Assembly (NCBI GenBank): GCA_902489795.1
Contig: CABUBU010000005.1
Location: forward strand, 166-64,165
DNA length: 64,000 bases
Reading direction: 5' to 3'
Source of the DNA: an uncultured Azospirillum sp.
GTDB lineage: Bacteria > Pseudomonadota > Alphaproteobacteria > RF32 > CAG-239
In this document: one piece after another, positions 8,979 to 18,365 of the stretch
Layout of the letters: every line of letters begins with the position of its first letter
How positions within the stretch are numbered: the stretch's first letter is position 1
The notes under the pieces: generated by a model
What the model was told of the DNA's origin: nothing
What the model saw: only the letters and a program-made list of their open reading frames with translations
The model's database searches: none
Made by a program: the position numbers and the translations under genes

Positions 8979-11564
8979 ATGATAAACATCAAAGAATATT
9001 TAATGACGAGGGGAAAAGAAGAAAGGCGCGTTTACCATATTGTCAAAAACGGAAGAATCGACCTGCTGCAACAGATTTTTCCCGATGCCGAAACGCTGGT
9101 TGCCAAAACCGAAAACTGCCGCGAATTCGGTTACGACGTCATGGCCAACCTGGCCGACGACGGCAACACCGGCATGCTGAAAAAAATACTCTCGGCTTAC
9201 TTTTCCGAAAACACGGAAGAAAACAACGCCCTGAAACGCCGTTTCCTCCTCAGCCATCGTATCAACGGCACTCCCAAAGACTTCCACCATTTCATCCGTT
9301 TTCTGTCCCCCCGGGAACAGGAGCTGGCCAAATTTGAACAAATGGAATGCTCCGACATCGACGAAATCGTCTTTCAGCAGCAAAAATTAAAACACGGCGT
9401 TTTTCCTCCCGACCTGCGCTCAAAAAAAGACCGCAGACGGGCGGAATTTTATTATCTACTGCGTGACGAATATCAAAACAGCCTGCCGTTGAAAAACCCC
9501 CACGAAAAAATGCCGACCGCCCGTCTCGGCATCGCTCCGAAAGGCGTCAGCGCAATAGAAATCAAAGGATACGTCGGCAGCCCGGAAGAAAAAAACGCCG
9601 TCGAATTTCGTTCCTGGCAGGAAACTTATCCCCGGTTTCGCTTAACCCAAATCCCCGAAGACCAGCAGCCCGATCAGCCGCTTTGCTGCCGTACCGAAGA
9701 TCTGCCGGCAATCCCTTACCGCCCCGGCCGATACGATTTGGCCAAAGAAGCTTTCCGGCAAATGCATTTTCCCGACCTGTGGTTTAACGATCATTATTTT
9801 CATTTCCTGCATTTCTTCGACCGTTCCTATCAGGATCTGCACGACAACGACCCGGTCGTTTCGGCTTCTTTCAAAAACTTCAACGAAAACGGACATTTTT
9901 TCTCCGTTGAGAACCGGATCGATCCCACCGCTTCGGGGAATTCCCTTGCCGGCGTCAAATACAGCGCATATTCTTCCGACGACTACATCTGCCTGCTCTC
10001 GCAGACCGCGCCCATGTTTATGACGTCACTTCTTCTCCACGAACTGGCGCATGACACCGACAAAAGCAACAACTTCTGCTGTTCCGACATATACGTTTTT
10101 TCCGCCTCTCTGATGGCCGCTCATCCCGAACACAGCATTCCCCGCACCAGAGCCGTTAACACAACCCGCCGTTATTATTCGGCATCAGAATTCGAAAAAG
10201 AGAGTCTGGCCCGCGTTGCCGAAGCCGGCGTTTCCGCTTCTCTTGACCAAAAAGATAAACTGCTGGGAGCAATATATAAAATGTTCTCCGCCTATGGCAA
10301 CGCTCAGCTCAATCAGGAAAGCGCCGTTCTCAACCGCATCAAACTCTGCGCGCGGCTGCGCCTGCCCGGACGCCCCGGCTATCACAAATTCGAAGAAGCG
10401 GCAAAAGCCTGCCGGCATATGCATATACTGTCGGATCACTGCCGGAATATGGCTGACGGCATCTTATATGACCGCTCAGCCACACCGCCCCCCTGCTCAC
10501 GGGAAAAACTGCAAGACGCAGAAAACAAATTTAAAGAAAGCTGCAAACAGTTACAAGGAAGCGGTTATTCGATCGTTGGCGGCAAAGACGTATCCTACCT
10601 GATTGCCGAAAAAGAAATCATCAAATGTATCGAGGCAGAACTCCGCGACATTGAAAAAATCAGAAAAAATCCGCTGGCCGCCAAAGTCGTGTTCAACTTC
10701 GACACGGTCTCGCGCGACAACATCACCGACAACACGCCGCTCGAACTGCTGGCTGCCGAAGAATTTTCCCGCGCGCAGAAGCTCGGCGCCGCCCGAATAA
10801 AAGTAACGCCAGACAAAAAAATGCGGGAAGAACTGAAATTCTATGCCGACGCCTGTCGGAACATCATGCAAAACCTGCAAAAAGACGCCGAAGAGGGGAT
10901 GCCTTTCGACCGCGCCCTTTTCCGCGCCGGCATCAACCGCACCGTCTACGCCTTAACATTTGCCGAAAAAGTCGCCGAACGCTACTTTCCGGACTATCAA
11001 CCGCAACCATTTGGCATCAACCGATGTCTGCCGCAAACAGAGGATAACGGAACGATTCGCACAGGAACAGAGGCGGTGCTGGAAAATATAGGCAATTTGG
11101 AAGCCAACATCGGTTATATAACGACCGACAACCCGGATCTTCGCCTGTCGGCAGAAATCATCGGCACTCCCTATTCAAACACTAAAGGAATTTTGGAAAG
11201 CGCAGAAAAACTGTATAAGCGCAAATTGGAACGTGCAGACAAAAACGACCCTGAAGACGGCAAACTTGAAACCATCGGCGATATGTTGGAACAAATCAGC
11301 CAAAGCAACTCAAATTCAAAACGTAATATTCTATTCGATATGCGCACCATGCAGTTAATCTATCAAGAGCTTCATCCCAACATCTCCCATTTACCGAATG
11401 ACCTGCAGTTTTCCGGTTTGACTGCCGATTCGTTTGCTTCTTTGGATCAAAATACGCCGGCTCCGGCCAGACAAAACCTGCAAAAATACTGCCGGCAGCT
11501 TTTGCAAATCACAGCCGGTCAGAATACGGCCATCCGCCCCACTGCCCGCGAATACGGAGACTAA
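8979..11564 (+). CDS. Large orphan protein with an HExxH motif (putative zinc metallopeptidase / effector-like)
   Basis: 861-aa uninterrupted ORF on the opposite strand to the flanking glmM and ftsH. A single HELAH motif (LLLHELAHDTDK) near residue 355; ankyrin-like N-terminal segment (ANLADDGNTGMLKKIL); no signal peptide seen; no family recognised. Confidence 0.7.
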   Translation: MINIKEYLMTRGKEERRVYHIVKNGRIDLLQQIFPDAETLVAKTENCREFGYDVMANLADDGNTGMLKKILSAYFSENTEENNALKRRFLLSHRINGTPKDFHHFIRFLSPREQELAKFEQMECSDIDEIVFQQQKLKHGVFPPDLRSKKDRRRAEFYYLLRDEYQNSLPLKNPHEKMPTARLGIAPKGVSAIEIKGYVGSPEEKNAVEFRSWQETYPRFRLTQIPEDQQPDQPLCCRTEDLPAIPYRPGRYDLAKEAFRQMHFPDLWFNDHYFHFLHFFDRSYQDLHDNDPVVSASFKNFNENGHFFSVENRIDPTASGNSLAGVKYSAYSSDDYICLLSQTAPMFMTSLLLHELAHDTDKSNNFCCSDIYVFSASLMAAHPEHSIPRTRAVNTTRRYYSASEFEKESLARVAEAGVSASLDQKDKLLGAIYKMFSAYGNAQLNQESAVLNRIKLCARLRLPGRPGYHKFEEAAKACRHMHILSDHCRNMADGILYDRSATPPPCSREKLQDAENKFKESCKQLQGSGYSIVGGKDVSYLIAEKEIIKCIEAELRDIEKIRKNPLAAKVVFNFDTVSRDNITDNTPLELLAAEEFSRAQKLGAARIKVTPDKKMREELKFYADACRNIMQNLQKDAEEGMPFDRALFRAGINRTVYALTFAEKVAERYFPDYQPQPFGINRCLPQTEDNGTIRTGTEAVLENIGNLEANIGYITTDNPDLRLSAEIIGTPYSNTKGILESAEKLYKRKLERADKNDPEDGKLETIGDMLEQISQSNSNSKRNILFDMRTMQLIYQELHPNISHLPNDLQFSGLTADSFASLDQNTPAPARQNLQKYCRQLLQITAGQNTAIRPTAREYGD

Positions 11565-11567
11565 GTC

Positions 11568-11661
11568 TCTGTCGTCCGCACCGGCTTCTGCCGTCCCCAA
11601 AAAACTACAGTTCGGGAACGGAAGCATGGTTTTGTTTTGCGGTATCGACCGACGTTTCCGC
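11568..11661. repeat. Displaced duplicate of the ftsH 3' end and its 3' flank (partner at 11756-11849)
   Basis: CTACAGTTCGGGAACGGAAGCATGG is identical at 11605 and 11793, where it is the ftsH stop plus last codons. I counted 50 of 57 nt identical over the coding part. Similarity extends ~35 nt into the 3' flank (CTGCCGTCCCC). The offset between copies is 188 bp. Confidence 0.85.
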
Positions 11662-11705
11662 TATCCCCACATAACTACAATAAGCGGAAACCATTCCCGA
11701 ATCTC

Positions 11706-11736
11706 AAAAAAAAGGCACCCAAAAGTGCCTTTTTTG
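11706..11736. terminator. Bidirectional intrinsic terminator between the 861-aa gene and ftsH
   Basis: AAAAAAAAGGCAC-CCAAAA-GTGCCTTTTTT: a perfect stem flanked by an A-run and a T-run. Confidence 0.75.
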
Positions 11737-11792
11737 CCATTTCTACCCTACACCGGTATCTTATCGTTCGCCCCTGCCGTCCCCGGCAAATA

Positions 11793-13664
11793 CTACAGTT
11801 CGGGAACGGAAGCATGGGTTTGTCTGGCAGGATCGACTGGCGTTTCCGCCGATTTGTTGATCTTTTCGCCGTTAATCACCTGCCTGATTTCTTCACCTGT
11901 CAGGGTTTCATATTCAATCAGGGCTTCGGAAAGACGCTCCCAGTCTTCCTTTTTCTCTTTCAGAATATTCAAAGCCCCTTCATGCGCTTCGCAAACCAGA
12001 CGCTTGATTTCGGCATCCACCACCCGCGCGGTTTCCTCGCTCATGTTCTTGTTCTGGGTTACCGATTTGCCGAGGAAAACCTCTTCCGAATTTTCCGCGT
12101 ACAGCACCGGTCCGAGCAGGTCGCTCATGCCCCATTCGGTAACCATCGAACGCGCCAGCTTGGTCGCCGCGGCAATGTCGGAGGAAGCGCCGCTCGTCAC
12201 TTTGTCACGGCCGAATTTCAATTCTTCCGCCGCCCGGCCGCCCATGCAGATAATCAGACGCGAAAGCATTTTGGCCCGGGAATAGGAGTACTGGTCTTTT
12301 TCCGGCAATTGCTGCACCATGCCGAGAGCCCGTCCCCGCGGCACGATCGTCGCCTTGTGGATAGGATCGGTTTCCTCAACGTTCAATGAACAAATTGCAT
12401 GTCCGGCCTCGTGATAGGCGGTCAGCTTCTTTTCCTGCTCGTCCATTGCCATCGACTTGCGCTCGTTGCCCATCAGCACTTTGTCCTTGGCGTCGTCAAA
12501 GTCTTTGGAAGTAACTTTGCGCTTGTTGCGGCGTGCAGCCAGAAGCGCCGCCTCGTTTACCAGGTTGGCCAGATCGGCGCCGGAAAAACCGGGCGTTCCG
12601 CGGGCCACCACGGCCAGATTGACGTCTTTGGCCAGCGGCACTTTGCGCACATGCACCTTCAAAATTTCCTCGCGGCCTTTCACATCGGGATTGGGCACCA
12701 CCACCTGCCGGTCAAAACGTCCCGGCCGCAGAAGCGCCGGATCCAAAACGTCCGGCCGGTTGGTAGCGGCAATCAGAATAACATTTTCATTCTCATCAAA
12801 ACCGTCCATCTCCACCAACAGCTGGTTTAAGGTCTGTTCGCGTTCGTCGTTGCCGCCGCCGAGACCCGCGCCGCGGTGACGCCCGACCGCATCGATTTCG
12901 TCGATAAACAGCAGACAAGGCGAGTTCTTTTTGGCCTGAGAAAACATGTCACGCACCCGCGAAGCGCCCACACCGACAAACATCTCGACAAAGTCAGAAC
13001 CGGAAATCGAAAAGAACGGAACGTCAGCTTCACCGGCCACCGCTTTGGCCAAAAGCGTCTTACCGGTTCCCGGAGGACCTACCAGCAAAACGCCCTTCGG
13101 TATCTTGCCCCCCAAACGCTGAAACTTGCCGGGATCTTTCAAAAAGTCGATCACTTCTTCCAGTTCCTGCTTGGATTCGTCACAGCCGGCCACGTCGGCA
13201 AACGTCACCTTTTTGCTGTTTTCCAAAAGCCGCGCACGCGACTTGCCGAAACTCATTGCTTTGCTGTTGCCGGCATTGGCCTGACGCATAAAAAAGATCC
13301 AAACCCCGATCAGCAAAATCATTGGGAACCAGGAAATGACGATTCCCCAGAAAGTGTTGGCGGAAGTGTCTTCCGGTTTGGCATTAACCACCACGTTGTT
13401 TTTGCGCAGGGTTTCGATCATGGTCGGATCATACGGCACATAAGTATAAAACTTGCCGCCGTCGGTATAAGTTCCGTATACGTCCGGGCCGGAAACCGTC
13501 ACTTCGGCAATCTTGCTGTTTTCCGCCTGATTCATAAACTCGGAAAACGGCAGTTCGCTGCCGGCGGACCTGGCCGGCGTTCCCTGTCCGGTCATGTTGG
13601 CAATCGCGGTCAGCAAAACGATCGCCGCCAGCCAGAAGATTAAACTTTTCCCTATTTTCATCAC
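11793..13664 (-). CDS. ftsH: ATP-dependent zinc metalloprotease FtsH
   Basis: 623 aa with two N-terminal TM helices. AAA+ Walker A GPPGTGKT, Walker [10 protein letters not shown], and zinc site HEAGHA. Confidence 0.97.
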   Translation of the reverse strand: MMKIGKSLIFWLAAIVLLTAIANMTGQGTPARSAGSELPFSEFMNQAENSKIAEVTVSGPDVYGTYTDGGKFYTYVPYDPTMIETLRKNNVVVNAKPEDTSANTFWGIVISWFPMILLIGVWIFFMRQANAGNSKAMSFGKSRARLLENSKKVTFADVAGCDESKQELEEVIDFLKDPGKFQRLGGKIPKGVLLVGPPGTGKTLLAKAVAGEADVPFFSISGSDFVEMFVGVGASRVRDMFSQAKKNSPCLLFIDEIDAVGRHRGAGLGGGNDEREQTLNQLLVEMDGFDENENVILIAATNRPDVLDPALLRPGRFDRQVVVPNPDVKGREEILKVHVRKVPLAKDVNLAVVARGTPGFSGADLANLVNEAALLAARRNKRKVTSKDFDDAKDKVLMGNERKSMAMDEQEKKLTAYHEAGHAICSLNVEETDPIHKATIVPRGRALGMVQQLPEKDQYSYSRAKMLSRLIICMGGRAAEELKFGRDKVTSGASSDIAAATKLARSMVTEWGMSDLLGPVLYAENSEEVFLGKSVTQNKNMSEETARVVDAEIKRLVCEAHEGALNILKEKKEDWERLSEALIEYETLTGEEIRQVINGEKINKSAETPVDPARQTHASVPEL

Positions 13665-13731
13665 ATTTCCTTAATTTAATAATCAATCTTGTCTATATAT
13701 AGTTTTTTTCTTCGCAAAACACAATAGACTT

Positions 13732-14832
13732 TCAACAATCGTCTTCCGCCGCCGTCAACAGACGTTTCAGCTTGTGCGGCAAAACCGCCGTCCGGCCGCC
13801 GGACAGCGCCGACAGACCGTTTTTTCTCCTGCCGGACATCCGCTTCGCGCCGGCTTCGGGAATAATCCACCAGCGTTTCATAAACGGCAGAATTTCGCAG
13901 CCGCCAAGCGTGCAGCCGGCAAACGTCGGATTTTGCAGCCGTTCAATAAGCCGCCGCAGCTCCCGGTATTCCGGCGGATAGCTGCGGCCGCCGGCTTCCC
14001 TGATCAACCGCGCCAGAACCCGCCGGCCGATCTCGGGATGCAGCCGGGCAAACGCCGATGGAGAAACGCTGAAAGCCGGTCCTTCAAAACAGCGGACGCG
14101 GACGCGGACAAAAGCGTCCGTTTCCGCTTCCAGATATTCCCTGGTCATACGCAAAGCCCGAGCCGTTTCCGCCAGTCGGTGGACGCTGATGCCGGTTTTC
14201 TTTTCCAGTTCGGGCAGAAATTTGCGGATTCTCACCCGCAGGAAATCGTCGCAGCCGTTTGAAGCGTCTTCCGCCCAGACAATGCCTTTTTTCCGCAAAA
14301 GCCGCCGCAGCGCCGCAGGCTCGGCTTCAAGCAGCGGCCGCACGACGCAGATTTTTCCGCGGGGCGTCATTTCCGCCATTGCCGACAATCCGTCAACCCC
14401 GCTGCCGCGTTGCAAACGCATTAAAAAAGTTTCCGCCTGATCCTGCTGATGATGAGCCGTCAGGAGATAGTAAAAACCGTTTTTGACACACCAGTCTTCC
14501 ATCAGCCGGTAACGGGCTTCTCTTGCTTTTTCTTCAATACTGCCGTTTCCCTCTTCGGGAAACCAGTTCAGAACATGATGTTCGATGCCCCATTTTTTCA
14601 TCAACGCGGCCACCATTGCGGCTTCCGCATCCGCTTCCGTCCGCAGGTGATGATTGACCGTCAACACCGCCGCCCGGCCGCCGTTTTGTCTTTGAAAATC
14701 TTTCAGCAGGAACGCCAGCGCCAGCGAGTCCGCGCCGCCGGAAACGGCCGCCGCCACCTGCCGGAAATCGGCATTATATTCCGCCGCCAGTTCCTGCATT
14801 TTAGCGGCAAAACTTTCGGCCGTCGCATCCAT
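13732..14832 (-). CDS. tilS: tRNA(Ile)-lysidine synthetase
   Basis: PP-loop SGGADSLALA near the N-terminus; 366 aa. It sits between ybgF and ftsH, as in alphaproteobacterial tol-pal clusters. Confidence 0.9.
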   Translation of the reverse strand: MDATAESFAAKMQELAAEYNADFRQVAAAVSGGADSLALAFLLKDFQRQNGGRAAVLTVNHHLRTEADAEAAMVAALMKKWGIEHHVLNWFPEEGNGSIEEKAREARYRLMEDWCVKNGFYYLLTAHHQQDQAETFLMRLQRGSGVDGLSAMAEMTPRGKICVVRPLLEAEPAALRRLLRKKGIVWAEDASNGCDDFLRVRIRKFLPELEKKTGISVHRLAETARALRMTREYLEAETDAFVRVRVRCFEGPAFSVSPSAFARLHPEIGRRVLARLIREAGGRSYPPEYRELRRLIERLQNPTFAGCTLGGCEILPFMKRWWIIPEAGAKRMSGRRKNGLSALSGGRTAVLPHKLKRLLTAAEDDC

Positions 14833-14834
14833 AA

Positions 14835-15665
14835 TTACTTACAGCCCAGCTTTTTGGCTCTTTCCGCGGCTTTTTCCTTAAGCCCTTTCTCTGCTTTCGG
14901 AAATTCTTCTTTCAGACTGAGAAAAGCCGCGCAGGCTTCATCTTTCTTTCCCAACTCCTGCATTGACATACCCAGTTTGAGCAGACTGTCAGCGCCTTTG
15001 GGATTGTTTTTATATACCTGATAGCCTTTGGCAAAAGCCACCGCCGCACGGCTGTAATCTTTCCTCGCATAATAGGTTTCTCCCAACCAGTATTGAGCGT
15101 TACCGGCCAGCTTGTCTTTGGGATACTTGTTTAAAACCGTATTAAAGTTTTCTTCCGCTACGGCAAAGTCGGAAGCCTTCAAAGCCTCCAGCCCTTTCTG
15201 GTAAATTTCCGCCGCGGTCAGCTTTCTGATCGGTTTCAGTTCGTCGTTGCTGATGCTTCCACCGACAATGGACTGTGGTGCCTCTTTAGCCACCGGCGCG
15301 GAAAACTTTGGCGAATTGTCGGCAATACTTCCGCCGCTGCCGGTGATTTTCTTACCTTCCAGCAGTTTCATCCGCACGTCAATGTCCTTGTTGATTAAAT
15401 TGATTTTCTCATCCAGCTGCTTGATTTTATAATCCAGTTCATCCAGCCGGCCGGCAGTCGAACGAACCAGCTCGTCCAAACGCCCAACGGTAACAACCAA
15501 TTCGGATCCTCCATCATTATACATCTGACGCTGTAAAATTTTCAAATCTTCCCTGATGTCATTCATTTCCTGCATAAGTACGGTAACGTCCTGTGCCGCC
15601 GCAGGCATTGCGTTGACAAGCGTCAGCGCCAGAACGGCAGTCAAAATCCGATATTGTTTTTTCAT
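14835..15665 (-). CDS. ybgF: Tol-Pal system protein YbgF/CpoB
   Basis: Signal peptide (ALTLVNAMPAAAQD), coiled-coil N-domain, and C-terminal TPR repeats (YWLGETYYARKDYSRAAVAF...). The stop is 3 nt from the tilS start. Confidence 0.85.
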   Translation of the reverse strand: MKKQYRILTAVLALTLVNAMPAAAQDVTVLMQEMNDIREDLKILQRQMYNDGGSELVVTVGRLDELVRSTAGRLDELDYKIKQLDEKINLINKDIDVRMKLLEGKKITGSGGSIADNSPKFSAPVAKEAPQSIVGGSISNDELKPIRKLTAAEIYQKGLEALKASDFAVAEENFNTVLNKYPKDKLAGNAQYWLGETYYARKDYSRAAVAFAKGYQVYKNNPKGADSLLKLGMSMQELGKKDEACAAFLSLKEEFPKAEKGLKEKAAERAKKLGCK

Positions 15666-15768
15666 CTGCTAACCTCTCCCAAGTTGATTTTCTATAAGAT
15701 ATAGGGCAATTTGCGTCAAATCACAAGTTAAAAAAGGAGGTGTCCTGAAAGCCCTCGTTTCCGCATGA

Positions 15769-16080
15769 GCCAACCGCCCGGCCTTTTATTTTTTCTTCGC
15801 CCCCCGCGAAGGCAAACCTGCGCCCGCTTCCCTTGCCGTTTTTTTAACATTTGCTCATAACAAACATCGCCGCCAAAGCGCCCCGCTTCCGCCAACCGCC
15901 CGAGCCTGCCGTTTATTCCTTTCTTCATCACCTGGGTTCAAAACAAGAGCGCTTCCGCCTCACCGGTTTCAATGTTTGTCCATAAATAAAACCATCACCG
16001 AAAGCGCCGCCAAACGCCCGAAATCGTCTTTTATTCCTTCACCATTAAAATTTCCACCCCCTGTTCCCGCCGGACGCCCG
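15769..16080. repeat. Degenerate ~120-bp periodic repeats in the pal-ybgF spacer
   Basis: The motif GCC(A/G)(A/G)ACGCCCG recurs at 15769, 15891, 16009 and 16069. Three of the four are followed within ~15 nt by TTTATT(C/T)C(T)TTC. No ORF with coding character is present. Confidence 0.6.
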
Positions 16081-16137
16081 AACCAGTCTCCATAGATATT
16101 TCTCGGTAACCTGAAGAGCTATAAAAGACACAAATCG

Positions 16138-16197
16138 AACGGTTTAGCCACAATCAAAGGCATGGAGTAGCGTCTAACGACACCTTAGCATTCAGCC
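16138..16197. other. Conserved ~60-70-nt non-coding element, copy 1 (partner at 20139-20210)
   Basis: AACGGTTTAGCCACAATCAAAGGC...GACACCTTAGCATTCAGCC versus AACGGTTTAACCATAATCTAAGGC...GACACTAAAGCATTCAGCT. 24 of the first 30 nt are identical and the 3' block is conserved. Both copies lie ~110-180 nt beyond the stop of a highly expressed minus-strand gene (pal, ppdK). Confidence 0.45.
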
Positions 16198-16309
16198 CCG
16201 GATAAACCTGTTTTTTCTGTAAAGCATGTAACAACGAAAAGGAGACACTCCTTTTAAGAGCGCCTCCCTTTACAGTTGTAAGCTTACTTGAATAAAAACA
16301 GGCTTCGGA

Positions 16310-16774
16310 TTAATTGCCTGCCTTGACAACGGTTACGGCACGACGATTCTGAGCCCAGGCAGCTTCATTGTTGCCGAGAACAGCCGGTCTTTCCTTACCG
16401 TAAGAGATGGTGGAAATTCTGTCGGCGGCAATACCCTCCAAAATCAGATAATCTCTGACAGCGCTGGCACGACGTTCACCCAAAGCCAGGTTGTATTCTC
16501 TGGTACCTCTTTCGTCGCAGTAACCTTGAACGACGACATTAACGTTTTCGTGTTTTTTCAGCCAGTTAACCTGAGTATTCAGAATTTCTTTAGCATTGTC
16601 GCTCAGAGAAGAGCTGTCAAAAGCGAAGAATACTCTGTCTTCGGCATTGGCCATAAAGTTGCGGGCATCTCTCGAATCGCATTCGCTGCCGCCGAACAGA
16701 CCGCCGTTGGAACCGGTCGACGAACAAGCGGACAACAAAGCTACCACGCAGAACAAACCTAAAAGCTTTTTCAT
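16310..16774 (-). CDS. pal: Peptidoglycan-associated lipoprotein Pal
   Basis: MKKLLGLFCVVALLSAC lipobox and an OmpA-like C-terminal domain (VVVQGYCDERGTREYNLALGERRA). The start at 16774 is preferred over the tracked 16798. Confidence 0.92.
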   Translation of the reverse strand: MKKLLGLFCVVALLSACSSTGSNGGLFGGSECDSRDARNFMANAEDRVFFAFDSSSLSDNAKEILNTQVNWLKKHENVNVVVQGYCDERGTREYNLALGERRASAVRDYLILEGIAADRISTISYGKERPAVLGNNEAAWAQNRRAVTVVKAGN

Positions 16775-17013
16775 TTTTTTTCTCCATATGGGTTTCATTT
16801 ATTAAATAACTAATACAAAAGCTAACTTAAGCAATAATAGTTTATATTTCAATAACAAAAACGCAAAAAATCAAAAAAAATAAAACTTTTTTTCAAACTC
16901 CGCCTATAACGGCGGTTTTAATTTCGTTTTATGGACATAAAACCCGCCGACGGACGACTCAGACCAGGACGTCGGCAGATTTTAAGACTTCAGGCGGCAC
17001 AACAGCCGTTTAA

Positions 17014-17044
17014 AACAAAAAAGAGCAGGCTTCCCTGCTCTTTC
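17014..17044 (-). terminator. Intrinsic terminator downstream of the 17065..17670 gene
   Basis: AGAGCAGG-CTTC-CCTGCTCT preceded by an A-run on the plus strand, which is a T-run after the stem on the minus strand. Confidence 0.65.
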
Positions 17045-17064
17045 AAACCGGTCTGATACGGCCG

Positions 17065-17670
17065 TCACGGCTGCATGACCATTCCCCGCCACTGATTTTT
17101 CAACTCAAGCGGCAGATTAACGTTGTTTTGGCACAAGTCGCCCATCAGATTGATGAACTCCTGCCGTTTGCCGTCGACGGCATCGGGCCAGGCAACCAGA
17201 AAAGCGATCACTTTTTCCTCTTTGAACGGCAGTTCACGCAACTTGCACAAGCTGTCGGGAAACGCCTTTTTCAGCGCCGTCAGCAGTTTTTTCTCTTCCT
17301 CGGACATGGCCTTCGGCTTTTCGCGCAGATTTCCGCAAATCTGTTTTAACTCCGCAGGAACGTCGATTCCGTGATCCTCGAAACTGTTCAGCAGCGAAAA
17401 CAGCTTTTCGCCTTTTCCGCCGAGCGTTTCCGGAAATTTGAGCAGCATGTTCATAAACTGCATAACGTCAAATTGCGGATGAGCTTCGGCATTGGCCAGC
17501 GACAAAGGGAAATTGGCGGCAAACTGAGCCAGCAAAATCCTTTTTTGCTTAACAACGGCAGCAGCGACTGCGGGATTTTCTCCGGCAGCGGCGAAAATTT
17601 CGCATGCTGCTCCATACAAATACTCGAAATCCTGAAATTTCATCATAACGTTTCTTATTTGGTTCAACAA
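17065..17670 (-). CDS. Hypothetical helical protein
   Basis: 201-aa ORF with balanced composition and its own terminator. No motif recognised. The start may be the internal MMKFQDF. Confidence 0.55.
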   Translation of the reverse strand: MLNQIRNVMMKFQDFEYLYGAACEIFAAAGENPAVAAAVVKQKRILLAQFAANFPLSLANAEAHPQFDVMQFMNMLLKFPETLGGKGEKLFSLLNSFEDHGIDVPAELKQICGNLREKPKAMSEEEKKLLTALKKAFPDSLCKLRELPFKEEKVIAFLVAWPDAVDGKRQEFINLMGDLCQNNVNLPLELKNQWRGMVMQP

Positions 17671-18037
17671 TTTATTAATAATTTTTAACTGCCCATTAAA
17701 TTAACAATTTTAGACAAAACTGTCAACAAAAATATGTACCGACGGCCTTGTCGTCCCCGTTTGCAAACCTTTTTTAAAAACGTTTCCGTCCGCTCTGAAA
17801 CGCCCGAAGCACGCTTTGAAACCTTCAGTCCGCTCAAAAATGCGGATAGACACCTCCGGTAAACCGTTAATTCTATGGGAAAGGCCTCATCAGATGCTTT
17901 TCGTCGTCACAGCTACAGTCTATGCTGACCTAAATCTTCTTAAAATTCTACATAATATTTTTTCTTCATCCGAACCAACGCTACTAACCAAGTATCCCCA
18001 AGACCAAAATACATTTTCCCTAAAGCATGCCTGGTTC

Positions 18038-18300
18038 TTATTCGCAATGAAGATCGGCTTTTAAATTGAGCCGTTGCATCTGCACATCCCGTGGGATTGT
18101 CATTATAAAATGAACGCGGCCTTTATCAAAGCCAACTTTCTCTGCCTTACGGCCGGAGATGCTTCCTGACAGTTCAGGCACAGTTTTTTGATATAATCGA
18201 CAACGCCGGGCTTTGTTTGGGACACGACGACAACATTCACACCCCAGACTGCATGGCAACTTAAACGATAAACTCTATGTCCGCTTTGTATGACTTCCAT
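18038..18300 (-). pseudogene. Possible remnant of a second IS200/IS605-family tnpA (frameshifted, truncated)
   Basis: Two overlapping minus-strand frames read YRLSCHAVWG and then CCRRVP...GRVHFIMTIPRDVQMQRL. This resembles the Y1-transposase blocks Y-x-L-x-YH-x-VW-x-KYRR and DHVH-hhh-x-PP. The reading stops after ~85 codons. Confidence 0.35.
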
Positions 18301-18365
18301 ACTTTCTTACCGCATCGTCGCCGTACTTGTTCGGCCACATGTAAACTCGGGAAAACCGTTAGTCA

